From: an uncultured delta proteobacterium
GTDB lineage: Bacteria > Myxococcota_A > Polyangia > Polyangiales > B10-G4
NCBI GenBank assembly: GCA_963727445.1
Contig: CAVSGI010000012.1
Location: 192,001 to 256,000 of the forward strand
Length of the DNA: 64,000 nucleotides
Reading direction: 5' to 3'
In this document: positions 10,575-21,244 of the stretch, piece by piece
Layout: every line of letters begins with the position of its first letter
Position numbering within the stretch: the first letter of the stretch is position 1
Notes under the pieces: generated by a model
Seen by the model: only the letters and a program-made list of their open reading frames with translations
Databases searched by the model: none
What the model was told of the DNA's origin: nothing
Program-made: the position numbers and the translations under genes

Positions 10575-11207
10575 TTGTCCAGGCAGCGAATACACTCCCT
10601 CACCGGGGTCTTGCCCCTGGGCGCCTACCTGGTGCTCCACCTCTTCGAGGCAACCTCCGCCGTCGAAGGACGCCAGGCGTTTGCCGAGGGGATGCGAGGC
10701 GTGGGCAGCGGGACGCTCACCCTCGTCGCCGAGGTGACCCTGGTGCTCGTTCCGCTCGTCGTACACGCCGGGCTGGGCATCTACCTCTGGGTGCGTCCTT
10801 CGGACGAACCGTCCCCCTACGCGACGCCGGCCATGCGTACGCTCCAGCGCGGCTCGGGCCTCGTCGTCCTGGTCTTCCTCGCTCTTCATCTCAGCCACAC
10901 CTTCGCGCTCGAGCTCGGCGGCGCAGAGGCGAGCCTGCTCTACGATCGACTCCGCGTGGACATGGGCACGCCGCTCTACCTGGGGGTCTACGTCATCGGT
11001 ACCGCGGCGGTGGCGCTCCACCTCGCGAACGGACTCCCCGCTGCCGCGCGTCGTTTCGGCGTCGTCAAGACGGAGGGCGCCGCGCGAGGCATGCGCATCG
11101 CCGCCGGAGCGCTGGCGTTCGTGCTCTTCGCCGCCACCGTCAACACCATGAGCCAGTTCGTGGTCGGCGATGCCTTCGTCGGCGGCGAGGTGGAGAACGA
11201 CCGATGA
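10575..11207 (+). CDS. Succinate dehydrogenase cytochrome b558 subunit-like membrane protein
   Basis: HSLTGVLPLG...HL, HAGLG, QRGSG...LHL, HLANG: five TM helices with four candidate heme-ligand His. Confidence 0.7.
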   Translation: MSRQRIHSLTGVLPLGAYLVLHLFEATSAVEGRQAFAEGMRGVGSGTLTLVAEVTLVLVPLVVHAGLGIYLWVRPSDEPSPYATPAMRTLQRGSGLVVLVFLALHLSHTFALELGGAEASLLYDRLRVDMGTPLYLGVYVIGTAAVALHLANGLPAAARRFGVVKTEGAARGMRIAAGALAFVLFAATVNTMSQFVVGDAFVGGEVENDR

Positions 11208-12131
11208 TCGCCAAGACCTGGGCCATCGCGATCAACACCTTCCGCGAGGCGGTGCGCGACAAGGTGCTCTACGGCGTCCTCGGCTTCGCCACGCTGGTGC
11301 TCCTCTTCACGCTGGCGCTCGCCGAGCTCTCGCTCTCGGAGCAGCGCCGCGTGGTGATGGACGTCGGCCTCGCTTCCATCTCGCTCTTCTCGGTGATCGT
11401 CGCCGTCTTCCTCGGCTCCTCCCTGCTCTACAAGGAGATCGAGAAGAAGACGCTCTACGTCATCCTGCCCAAGCCCATCCGGCGCTCCACGTTTCTGCTC
11501 GGCAAGTACCTGGGCATCACCCTCACCGGCGTCACCTTCATCGCCATCATGGGCGCGGTCCAGCTCTGGGTCGCCTCGATCCAGGCCGATGCCGACACCA
11601 CGCTCCTGGTCGTCACGCCCCTCGGGCTCGGCGCGGTCCTGGGCGTCGCCCTTCGGAAGCGCACACGATCGCACTTCGGTGCTGGTCCCCTGGTCGCTCC
11701 TCGCGGTCGTCGCCTGCGGGGCGGTCGCTTCCACGACCGACGTCGAGCTCTCGGTGGTGGCCTCCTCCCTCATCCTCTCGGTCGGGGAGGTGATGGTGCT
11801 GGCGGCCGTGGCGCTGCTCTTCTCCTCCTTCTCGACGCCGTTTCTCACCGGCGCCTTCACCTTCGGCTTCTGGCTGGTGGGCCGCTCCGCCGACGACATG
11901 GCCAACATGCGCGGGGACGTGCTCGGGCCGGAGGTCAAAGCGTCGCTGAGGTTGCTGGCCGAAGTGGTCCCCAACTTCAACCTCTTCGTCCCCGGGCGAA
12001 ACACGCTCCTCGACGCCAGCGACGGCGGCCCGTGGACGTACGTCGCGCAGGCGATGGGCTACGGGGTGCTCTACACCGTCGCGCTCCTGGTCCTCGCGTC
12101 GCTGATCTTCCAGAAGAGGGACTTTCTTTGA
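11204..12131 (+). CDS. ABC-2 type transporter permease (PilI/GldF-like); frameshift near 11660
   Basis: IAINTFREAVRDK, KEIEKKTLYVILPKPI-R...LGKYLG; continues in a second frame to FQKRDFL. Confidence 0.8.
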
Positions 12132-12784
12132 AGGTGGCGCGCGTCCTCCGCATCGCTTTCAAGACGCTCACCGTCGCTGGCGTGATCCTGGCCGTCATCG
12201 CCGTTCGCGTCGTCACCGCGAGCGAGGCCGAGCTGTCGCAGGCGAACGAGCTCCGCGGCCACGGCGAGATCGAGCGTGCCGTCCTCCACTACCGCCGCGC
12301 CGCCTCCTGGTACGCCCCGGGCAACCCCTTCGTGGTCGACGCCCTCGCGAGCCTCGAGCGCATCGGCAGCGAAGCGGAGGACGACGGCGACGCGGAGCGC
12401 GCGCTGCTCGCTTACCGCTCGATCCGCGGGGCGATCCTCACGTCTCGCAGCACCTACACCCCCCACGCCGACCGTCTGGCCCGCGCCAACGCCCGCATCG
12501 CGGCGCTCATGGCCGCCGAGGACCCACCGCCGATCGACGCCGGGAAGACGCAGGCCGAGCTGGAGGCCGAGCACCTCGCGCTCCTCGAGCAGACCAAGCG
12601 TCCGAACGTCCTTTGGAGCCTGGTCCTGGTGCTGGGCTTCGCGGTCTGGGTCGGCAGCGCCTTCGCCTTCGCCACCCGCGCCATCGACGAACGGGACCGG
12701 ATCGTCAGCGGCTCCGCCCGCCTGTGGGGCACCGGAATCATCGTGGGCTTCGGGCTCTTCTTTCTGGGAATGGCGCTGGCCTGA
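12128..12784 (+). CDS. Hypothetical membrane protein with helical-repeat periplasmic region
   Basis: N-terminal TM, TPR-like helices, two C-terminal TMs; TTGA overlap. Confidence 0.65.
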   Translation: MKVARVLRIAFKTLTVAGVILAVIAVRVVTASEAELSQANELRGHGEIERAVLHYRRAASWYAPGNPFVVDALASLERIGSEAEDDGDAERALLAYRSIRGAILTSRSTYTPHADRLARANARIAALMAAEDPPPIDAGKTQAELEAEHLALLEQTKRPNVLWSLVLVLGFAVWVGSAFAFATRAIDERDRIVSGSARLWGTGIIVGFGLFFLGMALA

Positions 12785-12837
12785 GCCGCGTCGCATCAGG
12801 CGCAGCGGTGGCGGCCAGGGCCACTGTTTGATACGAG

Positions 12838-14109
12838 GTGGCCGTGGACAGCATTCGCATCGTCGGAGGGAAGCCCCTCGAAGGCAATCTGAGGATCAGC
12901 GGCGCCAAGAACGCCGCTTTGCCCATTCTGTGCGCCTCGCTGGTCGCCGATGGTGACCACGCCTTCCGCAACGTCCCCGACCTCCGAGACATCCACACCA
13001 CCGCGATGCTCCTCAGGCACCTCGGAGCCGAGGTGGAGGTCACGCCGCCCACGGTGACGGTGAAGGTGGCGCCGGCGCCCGAGCCCGAAGCGCCCTACGA
13101 GCTCGTCAAGCAGATGCGCGCCTCGGTGCTGGTCCTCGGTCCTCTGGTCGCGCGCTACGGTCGGGCCCGCGTCTCCCTCCCCGGCGGATGCGCCATCGGC
13201 GCGCGTCCCATCGACCAGCACCTCAAGGGCCTCGAGGTCATGGGAGCGAGGGTCACCCTCGAGCACGGCTACGTGAACGTGGAGGTCCCTTCGGGTCGCC
13301 TGAAGGGCGGGGAGATCTACCTCGACATCCCCACCGTCACCGGTACCGAGAACCTGATGTCGGCCGCCGTGCTCGCCCGCGGGCGTACGACGATCGTCAA
13401 CGCGGCCCGCGAGCCCGAGGTCGAAGAGCTCGCGCGGGTGCTCAACAAGATGGGCGCCTCGGTCGAGGGCGCGGGCACGGACGTGATCGTCATCGAAGGC
13501 AAGGAAGCCCTCGAGCCGGTCGACCATTCGATCATCCCCGATCGCATCGAGGCAGGGACCTACATGGTCGCGGCGGCTGCGACGGGCGGCAACGTCTTCC
13601 TCGACGGCATCACCCTCGACCACCTCGAGGCGGTCGCGGCGAAGATGCGGCAGGCGGGCGTGGTCGTCGAGCGCGAGGCGTCCGGCGTTCGGGTCGCAGG
13701 CAAGCCACCCTTCGAGCCCACCGACGCCACCACCGCCCCGCACCCCGGCTTCCCCACCGACATGCAGGCGCAGTTCATGGTGTTGATGTGCCTGTCGAGT
13801 GGTCGCTCGGTGATCACCGAGACCATCTTCGAAAACCGCTTCATGCACGTGCCCGAGCTCAACCGCATGGGCGCGAGCATCGAGGTGCGCGGGCGTTCGG
13901 CGACGGTGAAGGGCGTCGAGTATCTCTCGGGTGCCGAGGTGATGGCCACCGATCTGCGCGCCAGCGCCTCGCTCGTCGTCGCCGGTCTCGTCGCGCGGGG
14001 CACCACCGAGGTGCGCCGTGTCTATCACATCGATCGCGGCTACGAGCACATCGAGGAGAAGCTCGCGGGCCTCGGCGCCACCATCGAGCGGGTCGCAGGC
14101 AATGCCTGA
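12838..14109 (+). CDS. murA: UDP-N-acetylglucosamine 1-carboxyvinyltransferase
   Basis: [40 protein letters not shown]. Confidence 0.97.
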   Translation: MAVDSIRIVGGKPLEGNLRISGAKNAALPILCASLVADGDHAFRNVPDLRDIHTTAMLLRHLGAEVEVTPPTVTVKVAPAPEPEAPYELVKQMRASVLVLGPLVARYGRARVSLPGGCAIGARPIDQHLKGLEVMGARVTLEHGYVNVEVPSGRLKGGEIYLDIPTVTGTENLMSAAVLARGRTTIVNAAREPEVEELARVLNKMGASVEGAGTDVIVIEGKEALEPVDHSIIPDRIEAGTYMVAAAATGGNVFLDGITLDHLEAVAAKMRQAGVVVEREASGVRVAGKPPFEPTDATTAPHPGFPTDMQAQFMVLMCLSSGRSVITETIFENRFMHVPELNRMGASIEVRGRSATVKGVEYLSGAEVMATDLRASASLVVAGLVARGTTEVRRVYHIDRGYEHIEEKLAGLGATIERVAGNA

Positions 14110-14770
14110 CGCCGCGCCGCGGCCCCTGGTCTTCGCCGTGCCCAAGGGACGCATCCTCCGCTCCCTCGGCCCCCTCCTCGCGCGCGCCGGGATCGACCCC
14201 GCGCCCCTGACCGCGGACGACCGTCGCCTGATCCGCGAGGAGCCGAAGAGCGGGATCCACTTTCTCCTGCTCAAGCCCGACGACGTGCCGACCTACGTCG
14301 AGTATGGCGCCGCCGACATCGGCATCGTGGGGCGCGACGTCCTCCTCGAGCGCGAGTACGACGTGTACTCCCCGGTCGACCTCGGCATCGGCCGCTGTCG
14401 CATGGCGGTGGCGGGCAGGGCGGAGGATCCGCCCGACCTCGACGCCACCCGCGGGGGCGAGCCGCTCCGGGTCGCCACCAAGTTCCCGACCATCGCGCGC
14501 CAGCACTTCGCGCGCCGGGGCCAGCAGATCGAGAGCATCTTCGTACAGGGCTCGGTGGAGCTCGCGCCGCTGACGGGTCTCTCCGACGTGATCGTGGACC
14601 TCGTGGAAACGGGTGAGACGCTCCGGCAGAATGGCCTCGTGGAGATCGAAACGATCTGCGAGGTTTCGAGCGTCGTCGTGGCCAACCGGGTCGGCCTCAA
14701 GCTCGAGGCTTCGCGCCTGAGCCCCCTCCTGGCCGCGATCGAGCGCGCGGCCGCCGAGCCGGACGCATGA
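14102..14770 (+). CDS. hisG: ATP phosphoribosyltransferase, short form
   Basis: [40 protein letters not shown]. Confidence 0.95.
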   Translation: MPDAAPRPLVFAVPKGRILRSLGPLLARAGIDPAPLTADDRRLIREEPKSGIHFLLLKPDDVPTYVEYGAADIGIVGRDVLLEREYDVYSPVDLGIGRCRMAVAGRAEDPPDLDATRGGEPLRVATKFPTIARQHFARRGQQIESIFVQGSVELAPLTGLSDVIVDLVETGETLRQNGLVEIETICEVSSVVVANRVGLKLEASRLSPLLAAIERAAAEPDA

Positions 14771-15597
14771 CGCGCCTCACGCTCGCCTTTTCGCTCTTCG
14801 CGATCGCGTCGGGCTGCGGCCCGAACGCCAAGCTGGTCGCCGCCGACGAGACCCTCATGGCCACCATGGCCGCGGTCGACGAGTCGGACGAGGTGGTGCG
14901 CCACGCCGAGGCCGATGGCCCGGACGAAAAGACGGAGCAGGCCCGCCACGCCTGGGAGCGCGCCAACGCACGTATGGACGAGGCCCAGTCCATCGTGCGG
15001 ACCTGGCGTGAGACCGGCGCGGGCGAGCTGGCCTGGGTCACCCTCTCGCCGTGTCTCGCGGCGTCTCTGATCGGCCTCCGCCTCACCCTCGAACACGCGG
15101 GCTTGTCCATCCCGGAGGAGCTGCCGCAGGCGGAGGCGATGGCCGCCGATCCCGCAGGGGACGAATGTCGCAGTGAGCCGCGACCCGAGCTCGCGGAGAC
15201 GGAGACGGACGCGGACGCGGAGACGGAACGCGGACTCGGAGACGGAGACGGAGACGGAGACGGAGACGGAGACGGAGACGGACGCGGAGACGGACTCAAC
15301 CGAGGGCTCCGGCGGTCTCACCCCCGCCCAGTGAGGCCTCAGATCTCCCGGCGCATCTTGATCTCGATGTCGTGGAAGCCGAGGGCCTGGTGGGCGGCGC
15401 GCGCGCCCGTGTTTCCCGCCCAGGTGGTGGATTCGAGGACGACGCAGCCGCGCTTTCGAAAGGCGTCCACCAAAGCGTCGAAGAGGGCCTTGCCCACGCC
15501 TCGCCCGCGCGCGGGGGGCTCGACGTACCAGTCCTCGACCACGCCCTTCCTATCGAGGACCCGTCGCGGATCCTCCTCGACGTGGCCGGTGATGTAG
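14767..15597 (+). CDS. Hypothetical lipoprotein (true 3' end uncertain; runs through a hexamer repeat and antisense into the GNAT gene)
   Basis: ATGA overlap with hisG; lipobox ASGC. Confidence 0.5.
   Translation: MTRLTLAFSLFAIASGCGPNAKLVAADETLMATMAAVDESDEVVRHAEADGPDEKTEQARHAWERANARMDEAQSIVRTWRETGAGELAWVTLSPCLAASLIGLRLTLEHAGLSIPEELPQAEAMAADPAGDECRSEPRPELAETETDADAETERGLGDGDGDGDGDGDGDGRGDGLNRGLRRSHPRPVRPQISRRILISMSWKPRAWWAARAPVFPAQVVDSRTTQPRFRKASTKASKRALPTPRPRAGGSTYQSSTTPFLSRTRRGSSSTWPVM
15195..15296. repeat. (GGAGAC)n hexamer microsatellite
   Basis: Seven perfect units at 15238-15279 with degenerate flanking units. Confidence 0.9.
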
Positions 15598-15821
15598 CCG
15601 ACGGGCGTCGCCGCCTCTTCGGCCACGAAGCCCATGGCGCGCGGTGAGGCGAGGATGGCGTCCACGTCCTCTCGGAGCGCTCGGCCGAGGTCTCGATAGG
15701 CGTAGAGAGGCTCGAGCTCCGGGGCGAGGATCTCCTTTCGGTAGTCGACGTAGAGCGCGTGATGAAAGACGACCATCAAGTCGCGGTCTTCGCGTCTGAT
15801 CGGTCGGATGTCGAGGGTCAC
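15339..15821 (-). CDS. GNAT-family N-acetyltransferase
   Basis: VEPPARGRGVGKAL acetyl-CoA motif A; N-x-x-A...LGF. Confidence 0.85.
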   Translation of the reverse strand: MTLDIRPIRREDRDLMVVFHHALYVDYRKEILAPELEPLYAYRDLGRALREDVDAILASPRAMGFVAEEAATPVGYITGHVEEDPRRVLDRKGVVEDWYVEPPARGRGVGKALFDALVDAFRKRGCVVLESTTWAGNTGARAAHQALGFHDIEIKMRREI

Positions 15822-15888
15822 GCGCGCAGGATAGAGCAGCGGGCGGCCGAGCGCTCGCTCGAACGCCCGGCCGCCCCAGTCCGCCGCG

Positions 15889-16293
15889 CTATTGCGCCGG
15901 TTGCGCGCTGCCCGCGCCTGCGAGGGTCGTCGGTCCCCGCACCGCGAGCATCGAGCGCAAGCGCCGAAACGTCGCGCGCCCGATGCCGCGCACGCGCAAC
16001 AGATCCTCGATGCGCGAGAAGTGCCTCCCGCGCTCGCGATAGGCGATGATCGCCGCCGCCTTCGAGGGCCCGATGCCCGGCAGCCGCGAGAGCTCGACCT
16101 CGCTCGCGGTGTTGATGTTCACCACGCCTGCCGGCGTGGCGTCGGCGGCGGGCGTTCGGACGACCATCGACGGTCGCGCCCGACGTTGCGCCTCGGCCAC
16201 GCCGCCGATGCCCGCCACCGCCGTCCCGGCGAGGCCGCTCGCGAGGCTCGCCACGATGATGGCGCGCATGAGGATGTTCTTCGTTCGATTCAA
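15889..16293 (-). CDS. comEA: ComEA-family helix-hairpin-helix DNA-binding protein with signal peptide
   Basis: VNINTASEVELSRLPGIGPSKAAAII-YRE...DLLRVRGIG; start TTG 16293 or ATG 16269. Confidence 0.85.
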   Translation of the reverse strand: MNRTKNILMRAIIVASLASGLAGTAVAGIGGVAEAQRRARPSMVVRTPAADATPAGVVNINTASEVELSRLPGIGPSKAAAIIAYRERGRHFSRIEDLLRVRGIGRATFRRLRSMLAVRGPTTLAGAGSAQPAQ

Positions 16294-16364
16294 GATGCAC
16301 CTGTCCTTTCCTGCGCGCCTTTGCGCGCGAAGTGTTGGCCGCACGCGAGGTGCGCCGGCCGTGA

Positions 16365-16610
16365 TCAACTCGCCAGCGCCACCGCGAGGTCGTCGGCCTC
16401 CGCGCCTCCATCGCGAGACGACCGCTCCTCGAAGGGCTGGTAGTCTCGGATCTGGAGCTGCCCGTTGACCGGCGTGGCGTCGAGGTGGACGTTCAGGCTC
16501 CCATCCCGGTTGGGGAAGGCCGCCCCGATACGGAGCCAGAACTTCTTGCCGTCCCGGCGCCGCTCCACGATCGTGTACACAACTTTGTAGTTCTTCTTCG
16601 GCTGCTCCAT
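16365..16610 (-). CDS. Small (81 aa) beta-rich hypothetical protein, possibly nucleic-acid binding
   Basis: AGGAGGA RBS before ATG; VYTIVER...[33 protein letters not shown], acidic tail. Confidence 0.75.
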   Translation of the reverse strand: MEQPKKNYKVVYTIVERRRDGKKFWLRIGAAFPNRDGSLNVHLDATPVNGQLQIRDYQPFEERSSRDGGAEADDLAVALAS

Positions 16611-16792
16611 CTCGTCCTCCTGGGTCGTTCGTGCCCGCCGCGATGGGCGGGTGCCCCAGGCCCTACGCAGCGACCGTGCCGGGAACCGGGCACGTGATCT
16701 CGGGCACTTGCGGAGGAAAAGTGGCGGAGGGGTGGCGGTCCGCCGGCGGGCCGCCGCTACACGGGATGCTGGGAGGCCGGGGACGCAGTCCT

Positions 16793-16879
16793 GGCTCGGG
16801 CCCCTCCTCCGCTGCGCTCCGCCTACGGGCGGCTGATGCCGCCCTTCGGGCGCCGCTTCGCTCCGGAGGGGCCCGAGCC
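16793..16879. repeat. Palindromic intergenic element with perfect 15-bp inverted repeat and internal hairpins
   Basis: GGCTCGGGCCCCTCC (16793-16807) / GGAGGGGCCCGAGCC (16865-16879). Confidence 0.8.
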
Positions 16880-16992
16880 TTGTGTGTAGCGGCGGCCCGT
16901 TGGGCCGCGCGTGGCCGCCATGCTTGTCGCCATGTCCCCAAAATGGCACTCTGCGCTCCCCGCGTGTTGGGGGGAGAAAGTCCCGTAAGAAC

Positions 16993-18468
16993 ATGAAGAT
17001 CACGCTCTCGAAGGACTCTGCGACGACGACGAAGGCGCACATCGTGGCCGTCGGAGTTCGCGAAAAGGAGCTCTCCAAGAACGCGACGGTGAAGAGCCTC
17101 GATTCCGCCATGAAGGGTGCGCTCAGCGCGCACGCCAAGGACGAGGGCTACGTCGGCAAGCTGAACGAGATTCTCAAGGTTCCCGGCACGAACATCGGCG
17201 CACGCTGGGTGGTTCTCGTCGGTCTCGGCGCGCGCAAGGCGAGCTCCGCCGATGCGCTTCGCGTGGCTGTCCACGCTGCCCGCTGTGCCAAGAAGCAGGC
17301 CTCTGTGGCCGTCGTGCTTCCGAAAAGTGACGAAGCGTCAGTTCGCGCGGCGGCGCAGGGCCTCCTCGGAGGCGCCTATCGTTACGATCGCTACCTCACG
17401 GGCACGCGCCGTCCCGAGGGCGAGATCAAGTCTGCCTACATTTTGGGCGCCAAGGTGGACGCGGCCGGTCGGGCTGCGGTGCGCGACGGAATGATCGTCG
17501 GCGACTCCGTGAACTTCGCGCGCGACCTCGTCAATGCCCCCCCCAACGACCTCACCCCGGAGGCCCTCGCCGACGCCGCCGCCGCCAAGGCGAAGGGAAC
17601 CGGGATCCGCACCACGATCTGGAACAAGGCCAAGATCGAAAAGGCGGGGATGCGTCTCTTCCTCGCCGTCAACGCGGGCGGCGGCAACGAGCCGCGCTTC
17701 ATCCACATGGTCTACAAGCCCAAGGGCAGGGCCAAGGCGAAGGTCGCCTTCGTGGGCAAGGGCCTCACCTTCGATTCCGGCGGTCTGTGCATCAAGCCCG
17801 CAAAGGCGATGTATGGCATGAAGTGCGACATGGCCGGCTCGGCAACCACCTTCGGCGTGGTCCTCGCCGCGGCGCAGCTCAAGCTTCCGGTCGAGGTACA
17901 CGCGCTCGTGGGCTCCACCGAGAACATGAGCGGTGATTTCGCCTATCGTCCCGGCGACGTCTTCGAGTCCCTCGACGGCAAGATGGTCGAGATCATCAAC
18001 ACCGACGCCGAGGGCCGCCTGGTCCTGGCCGATGTGCTCGCCTACGCGCGGGACAAGGTGAAGCCGGACTACATGATCGACCACGCCACCCTCACCGGCG
18101 CCTGCATGGTGGCGCTCGGCAAGTGGCGCGCCGGGATGTACGCGAGCGACCCCAAGTTCGGCAAGGCCTACGCCGATGCCGCCGAGCGCGCCGCCGAGAG
18201 CTTCTGGGAGCTCCCCCTCGACGACGATCTGGTCAAGACCCTCAAGAGCGACATCGCCGATCTCAAGCACACGGGCGATGGGCACGGCGGCTCCATCACC
18301 GCCGCGCTCTTTCTCCGCGAGTTCGTCGGGGACACCAAGTGGGTGCACTGCGACATCGCGGGGCCAGCCTTCCTCGACCAGAGCCACGACCTCGCTCCGG
18401 TGGGCGGGACGGGCTTCGGGGTGGCGACCGGCGTCGAGTTCCTCAGGGGCCTCGCCGAAAAGAAGTGA
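16993..18468 (+). CDS. pepA: Leucyl aminopeptidase (M17)
   Basis: [36 protein letters not shown]. Confidence 0.95.
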   Translation: MKITLSKDSATTTKAHIVAVGVREKELSKNATVKSLDSAMKGALSAHAKDEGYVGKLNEILKVPGTNIGARWVVLVGLGARKASSADALRVAVHAARCAKKQASVAVVLPKSDEASVRAAAQGLLGGAYRYDRYLTGTRRPEGEIKSAYILGAKVDAAGRAAVRDGMIVGDSVNFARDLVNAPPNDLTPEALADAAAAKAKGTGIRTTIWNKAKIEKAGMRLFLAVNAGGGNEPRFIHMVYKPKGRAKAKVAFVGKGLTFDSGGLCIKPAKAMYGMKCDMAGSATTFGVVLAAAQLKLPVEVHALVGSTENMSGDFAYRPGDVFESLDGKMVEIINTDAEGRLVLADVLAYARDKVKPDYMIDHATLTGACMVALGKWRAGMYASDPKFGKAYADAAERAAESFWELPLDDDLVKTLKSDIADLKHTGDGHGGSITAALFLREFVGDTKWVHCDIAGPAFLDQSHDLAPVGGTGFGVATGVEFLRGLAEKK

Positions 18469-18475
18469 GCGCCGG

Positions 18476-19234
18476 GTGAGCCGCCGACGCGATTCGAAGA
18501 TCGCGCTCGGGCTCGGGCTCACCCTCATCCTCGCCCCCACGACCCTGGCGTCTGCGCATCTCGGTCACGAGGTGCAGACGGCCGAGCGCTATCTGAAGCT
18601 CGACGTCGCGGACGATCACGCACGCGTGGTCGTCTCGTTGATGCTCGGTCCAGCGGAGGCCGCGCGGGTGCTCGCCGTCGCGGATCGCGACGCTGGCAAC
18701 GGCGACGGCACCCTCACCGAGGCCGAGGCCGATGCCTACATGGCCGGGTGGGGCGAGGGCCTCGCCACCGAGCTGCCCATCGAGGTCGACGGCCAGCCGG
18801 TCGCCGTGACCTGGGGCGAGCCCTACCTCGACCCCACGGGCCCCATCGCCGCCCGTCCAGCCACCGTCGAGATGGTCGCCCGCTTTCCGCTCGGCGCCGG
18901 CACCCATCGCATCACCTTCCGCGACCACATGCAGCGCGACAGTTACGACCGCACGGACGTGGCCTTTCGCGTCCGCGACGCCGCGGAGCTCTTGGCGAGC
19001 GGGGCCGAAGAGGCCCCCGAAGACCGCGTCCCCACCCTCGCGTTCGCGGGGAGTCGAGGCCCCGAGGTCTTCACCGCTCGGGTTCGGGTGCGGGGGCCAC
19101 GGGAGGACGGCGCATCAAGCGGCTCCTCCGAAAACGAAGAAGGCGCCGAGCCGTGGCTTTGGCTCGGCGCCCTCGCGGTCCTGGGTGTGCTCGGCATCGC
19201 CGCCCTCGTGGGGCGATACCGGCGCGCTCGCTAG
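18476..19234 (+). CDS. Hypothetical exported protein with C-terminal membrane anchor
   Basis: Signal peptide ending ASA-HLGHE, EF-hand-like DAGNGDGTLTEAE, C-terminal TM plus RYRRAR. Confidence 0.65.
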   Translation: MSRRRDSKIALGLGLTLILAPTTLASAHLGHEVQTAERYLKLDVADDHARVVVSLMLGPAEAARVLAVADRDAGNGDGTLTEAEADAYMAGWGEGLATELPIEVDGQPVAVTWGEPYLDPTGPIAARPATVEMVARFPLGAGTHRITFRDHMQRDSYDRTDVAFRVRDAAELLASGAEEAPEDRVPTLAFAGSRGPEVFTARVRVRGPREDGASSGSSENEEGAEPWLWLGALAVLGVLGIAALVGRYRRAR

Positions 19235-21075
19235 ATGCGGTAGGGGAAGCTGACCTGGAAGGTCGGCCGGCGGAAGCGGGGGAACTGCGCGCCACGCACC
19301 GCGCGGGCGACACAGGAGCCGATCGGTGTTCCGGCGAACTGCCCGGTGACCCGCGCGTTGGAGACGCGGCCGTTCGAGCCGGAGACGGTGATGGTGGTGT
19401 TCGCCACGCCGTGCTGGCCGTTGCCGCAGCGACCGACGGCGCCCTGCACCGAGCGGAGCGCGCGGAGCACGCCGTCGCGGGGCGGGCTATCCGGGAGGTT
19501 GCCGCCGCCGCCGCTGCTCTCGGCCTGCATGGGCGCTGCCATCATACCGCCTCCGCCGAGGGCCGCGTTGAGGAGGTCGTCGATGTCACCGCCGCCACCC
19601 GAGCTCATGGTGGCCGGCGCCGCTGCGGGGGTGGGATCGGGGTTCGAGCTGCCGCTGGAGCTGCTCGACGAGCCGCCGCTGCTGCGTCGACGACGGCTGC
19701 GATGGCTCGAGCCGGAGGAGGAGCCGCTCGACCCCTCGTCGGCGCTGTCCTCGCCCTCGTCGCTGCTCTCGTCGCTCGTGCCCTGATCGTCGCTGCCGGT
19801 GTTGGCCGCGGCTTCGCTTCCACCCGCGGCGGTTCCGCTCTCGGTGGTGGTGGCCGGCGTGTCACCGGTCGCCGTGCCCTCGCCCGCGGCGATGGCACCC
19901 GTGCCCGTGGAGCTGCCCGCCATCGCGACCGGCTCCGGCTCTGCGGTGACCAGAACGATGATGACCGCGGCAGCCGCCAGCGCGACGACACCACCCACCG
20001 CCGAGATGGCGATGATGAGGCCCTTGTTGTTCTTCTCTTCGACCACCGGCGCGAGCACCGGCGCGCCGAGGCCGCTCGAAAGGGGCGACCCGGTGCCGAT
20101 GCTGAGCAGGTCGTCGACGTTCTCGTTGCCGCCACCGGACGATCCGCCCGCCGGCGCAGCCGCACCACCGCCGCCGCCGGCGACGCCGGTCGCACTGGCG
20201 AGCGCGCGGATGTCGATCAGGCCCGAGCCTTCGCCCGACGCATGGCCGGGCTTGGCAGAGCCAGAGCTCGAGCTCGCGCTGGACATGCTCGGTGCCGGCG
20301 AGCCGCCGCCACCGGGCCCGCCCGTGGCGAGCGCCTGCAGGTTCTGCAGCGAGAAGAGAACCGAGTTCTCGTTTCGCTGGCCGGTCATCGCCTGCTCCTG
20401 ACTCACGCGCGGACCGGGGGAGCTGGCCACGACGTCGTCGTCACCGCCGCCCTCGAAGGGGCTCGCGCCCGCGTCGGCTTGCGCGAAGAGATCCGCTCCG
20501 CCGCCCGCGCCGCCGCCAGCCGCGAATGCATCATCGCCACCGCCGCCGAAGCCGGGATCCGCCGCTGCGGCGAAGAGTCCGTCCTGGGCCTGACCGCCGC
20601 CCATGTCGGCGCCGATGTCGCCGCCCATGCCACCGCCACCCGCGAAGGGATCGCCGCCCATGTCGGCCGGGGCTGCGGCCGCGGCTGCTGGTGCGGCTCC
20701 TTCCTGAGGCTGACCGGTGATCGCTTCGACGAGCTCGGGCACGTCGCGCGCGGCGAGCCAGTTGTCGAAGCCTTCACGCCAGACGTAGACCTCCCAGTCG
20801 ATCGTTCCGGCCGTCAGCATTTCGCCGAGCTGCACTGGCGCAAAAGGACCCTGCTGGTCGCCGTTCACGACGACGTGCCACACGGCCTCCGGGCTCTCGT
20901 CACCGTAGTCGTAGAGCGCGGTTGCTTCTTCCTGCTGCTCAGGCTGATCGAGCTGGTCGCCTCGAACGACGATGACCTCGCTGCATTTCTTGCAGCGGAT
21001 CTTGAAAACCTTCCCGGCGACCTTCTCGTCGGCGATCGAGTATTTGGCGCTGCAACTGTCGCAGACGATCTTCAT
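19231..21075 (-). CDS. Zinc-ribbon + GYF_2 + TM + TonB-C-like protein (GltJ/AgmX-like)
   Basis: MKIVCDSCSAKY...IRCKKC; WHVVVNGDQQGPF...VWREGFDNW; TGQRNENSVLFSL; C-terminal SCVARAVRGAQFPRF...VSFPY. Confidence 0.8.
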   Translation of the reverse strand: MKIVCDSCSAKYSIADEKVAGKVFKIRCKKCSEVIVVRGDQLDQPEQQEEATALYDYGDESPEAVWHVVVNGDQQGPFAPVQLGEMLTAGTIDWEVYVWREGFDNWLAARDVPELVEAITGQPQEGAAPAAAAAAPADMGGDPFAGGGGMGGDIGADMGGGQAQDGLFAAAADPGFGGGGDDAFAAGGGAGGGADLFAQADAGASPFEGGGDDDVVASSPGPRVSQEQAMTGQRNENSVLFSLQNLQALATGGPGGGGSPAPSMSSASSSSGSAKPGHASGEGSGLIDIRALASATGVAGGGGGAAAPAGGSSGGGNENVDDLLSIGTGSPLSSGLGAPVLAPVVEEKNNKGLIIAISAVGGVVALAAAAVIIVLVTAEPEPVAMAGSSTGTGAIAAGEGTATGDTPATTTESGTAAGGSEAAANTGSDDQGTSDESSDEGEDSADEGSSGSSSGSSHRSRRRRSSGGSSSSSSGSSNPDPTPAAAPATMSSGGGGDIDDLLNAALGGGGMMAAPMQAESSGGGGNLPDSPPRDGVLRALRSVQGAVGRCGNGQHGVANTTITVSGSNGRVSNARVTGQFAGTPIGSCVARAVRGAQFPRFRRPTFQVSFPYRI

Positions 21076-21244
21076 GCGTTCTGACCTCGATAGGGGGGTG
21101 ATGCAGGAGGCAGGGCCTTTAGAAACCAGAAACCCTTTTCGACCCGCGATGATAGCCGTCGCGCGGCTCGGCGATCAAGAATCGCATTTGGACCTCGTGA
21201 CCGCGTTCTTTGCCTTGGACACGGGACCAGGGGGGCCCTTGGGC

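Noticed and set aside
9578..12784. 1068-aa ORF
   Set aside because: Chimera of an antisense shadow of the lipid kinase, the first half of the permease and the downstream membrane protein, joined through a frameshift
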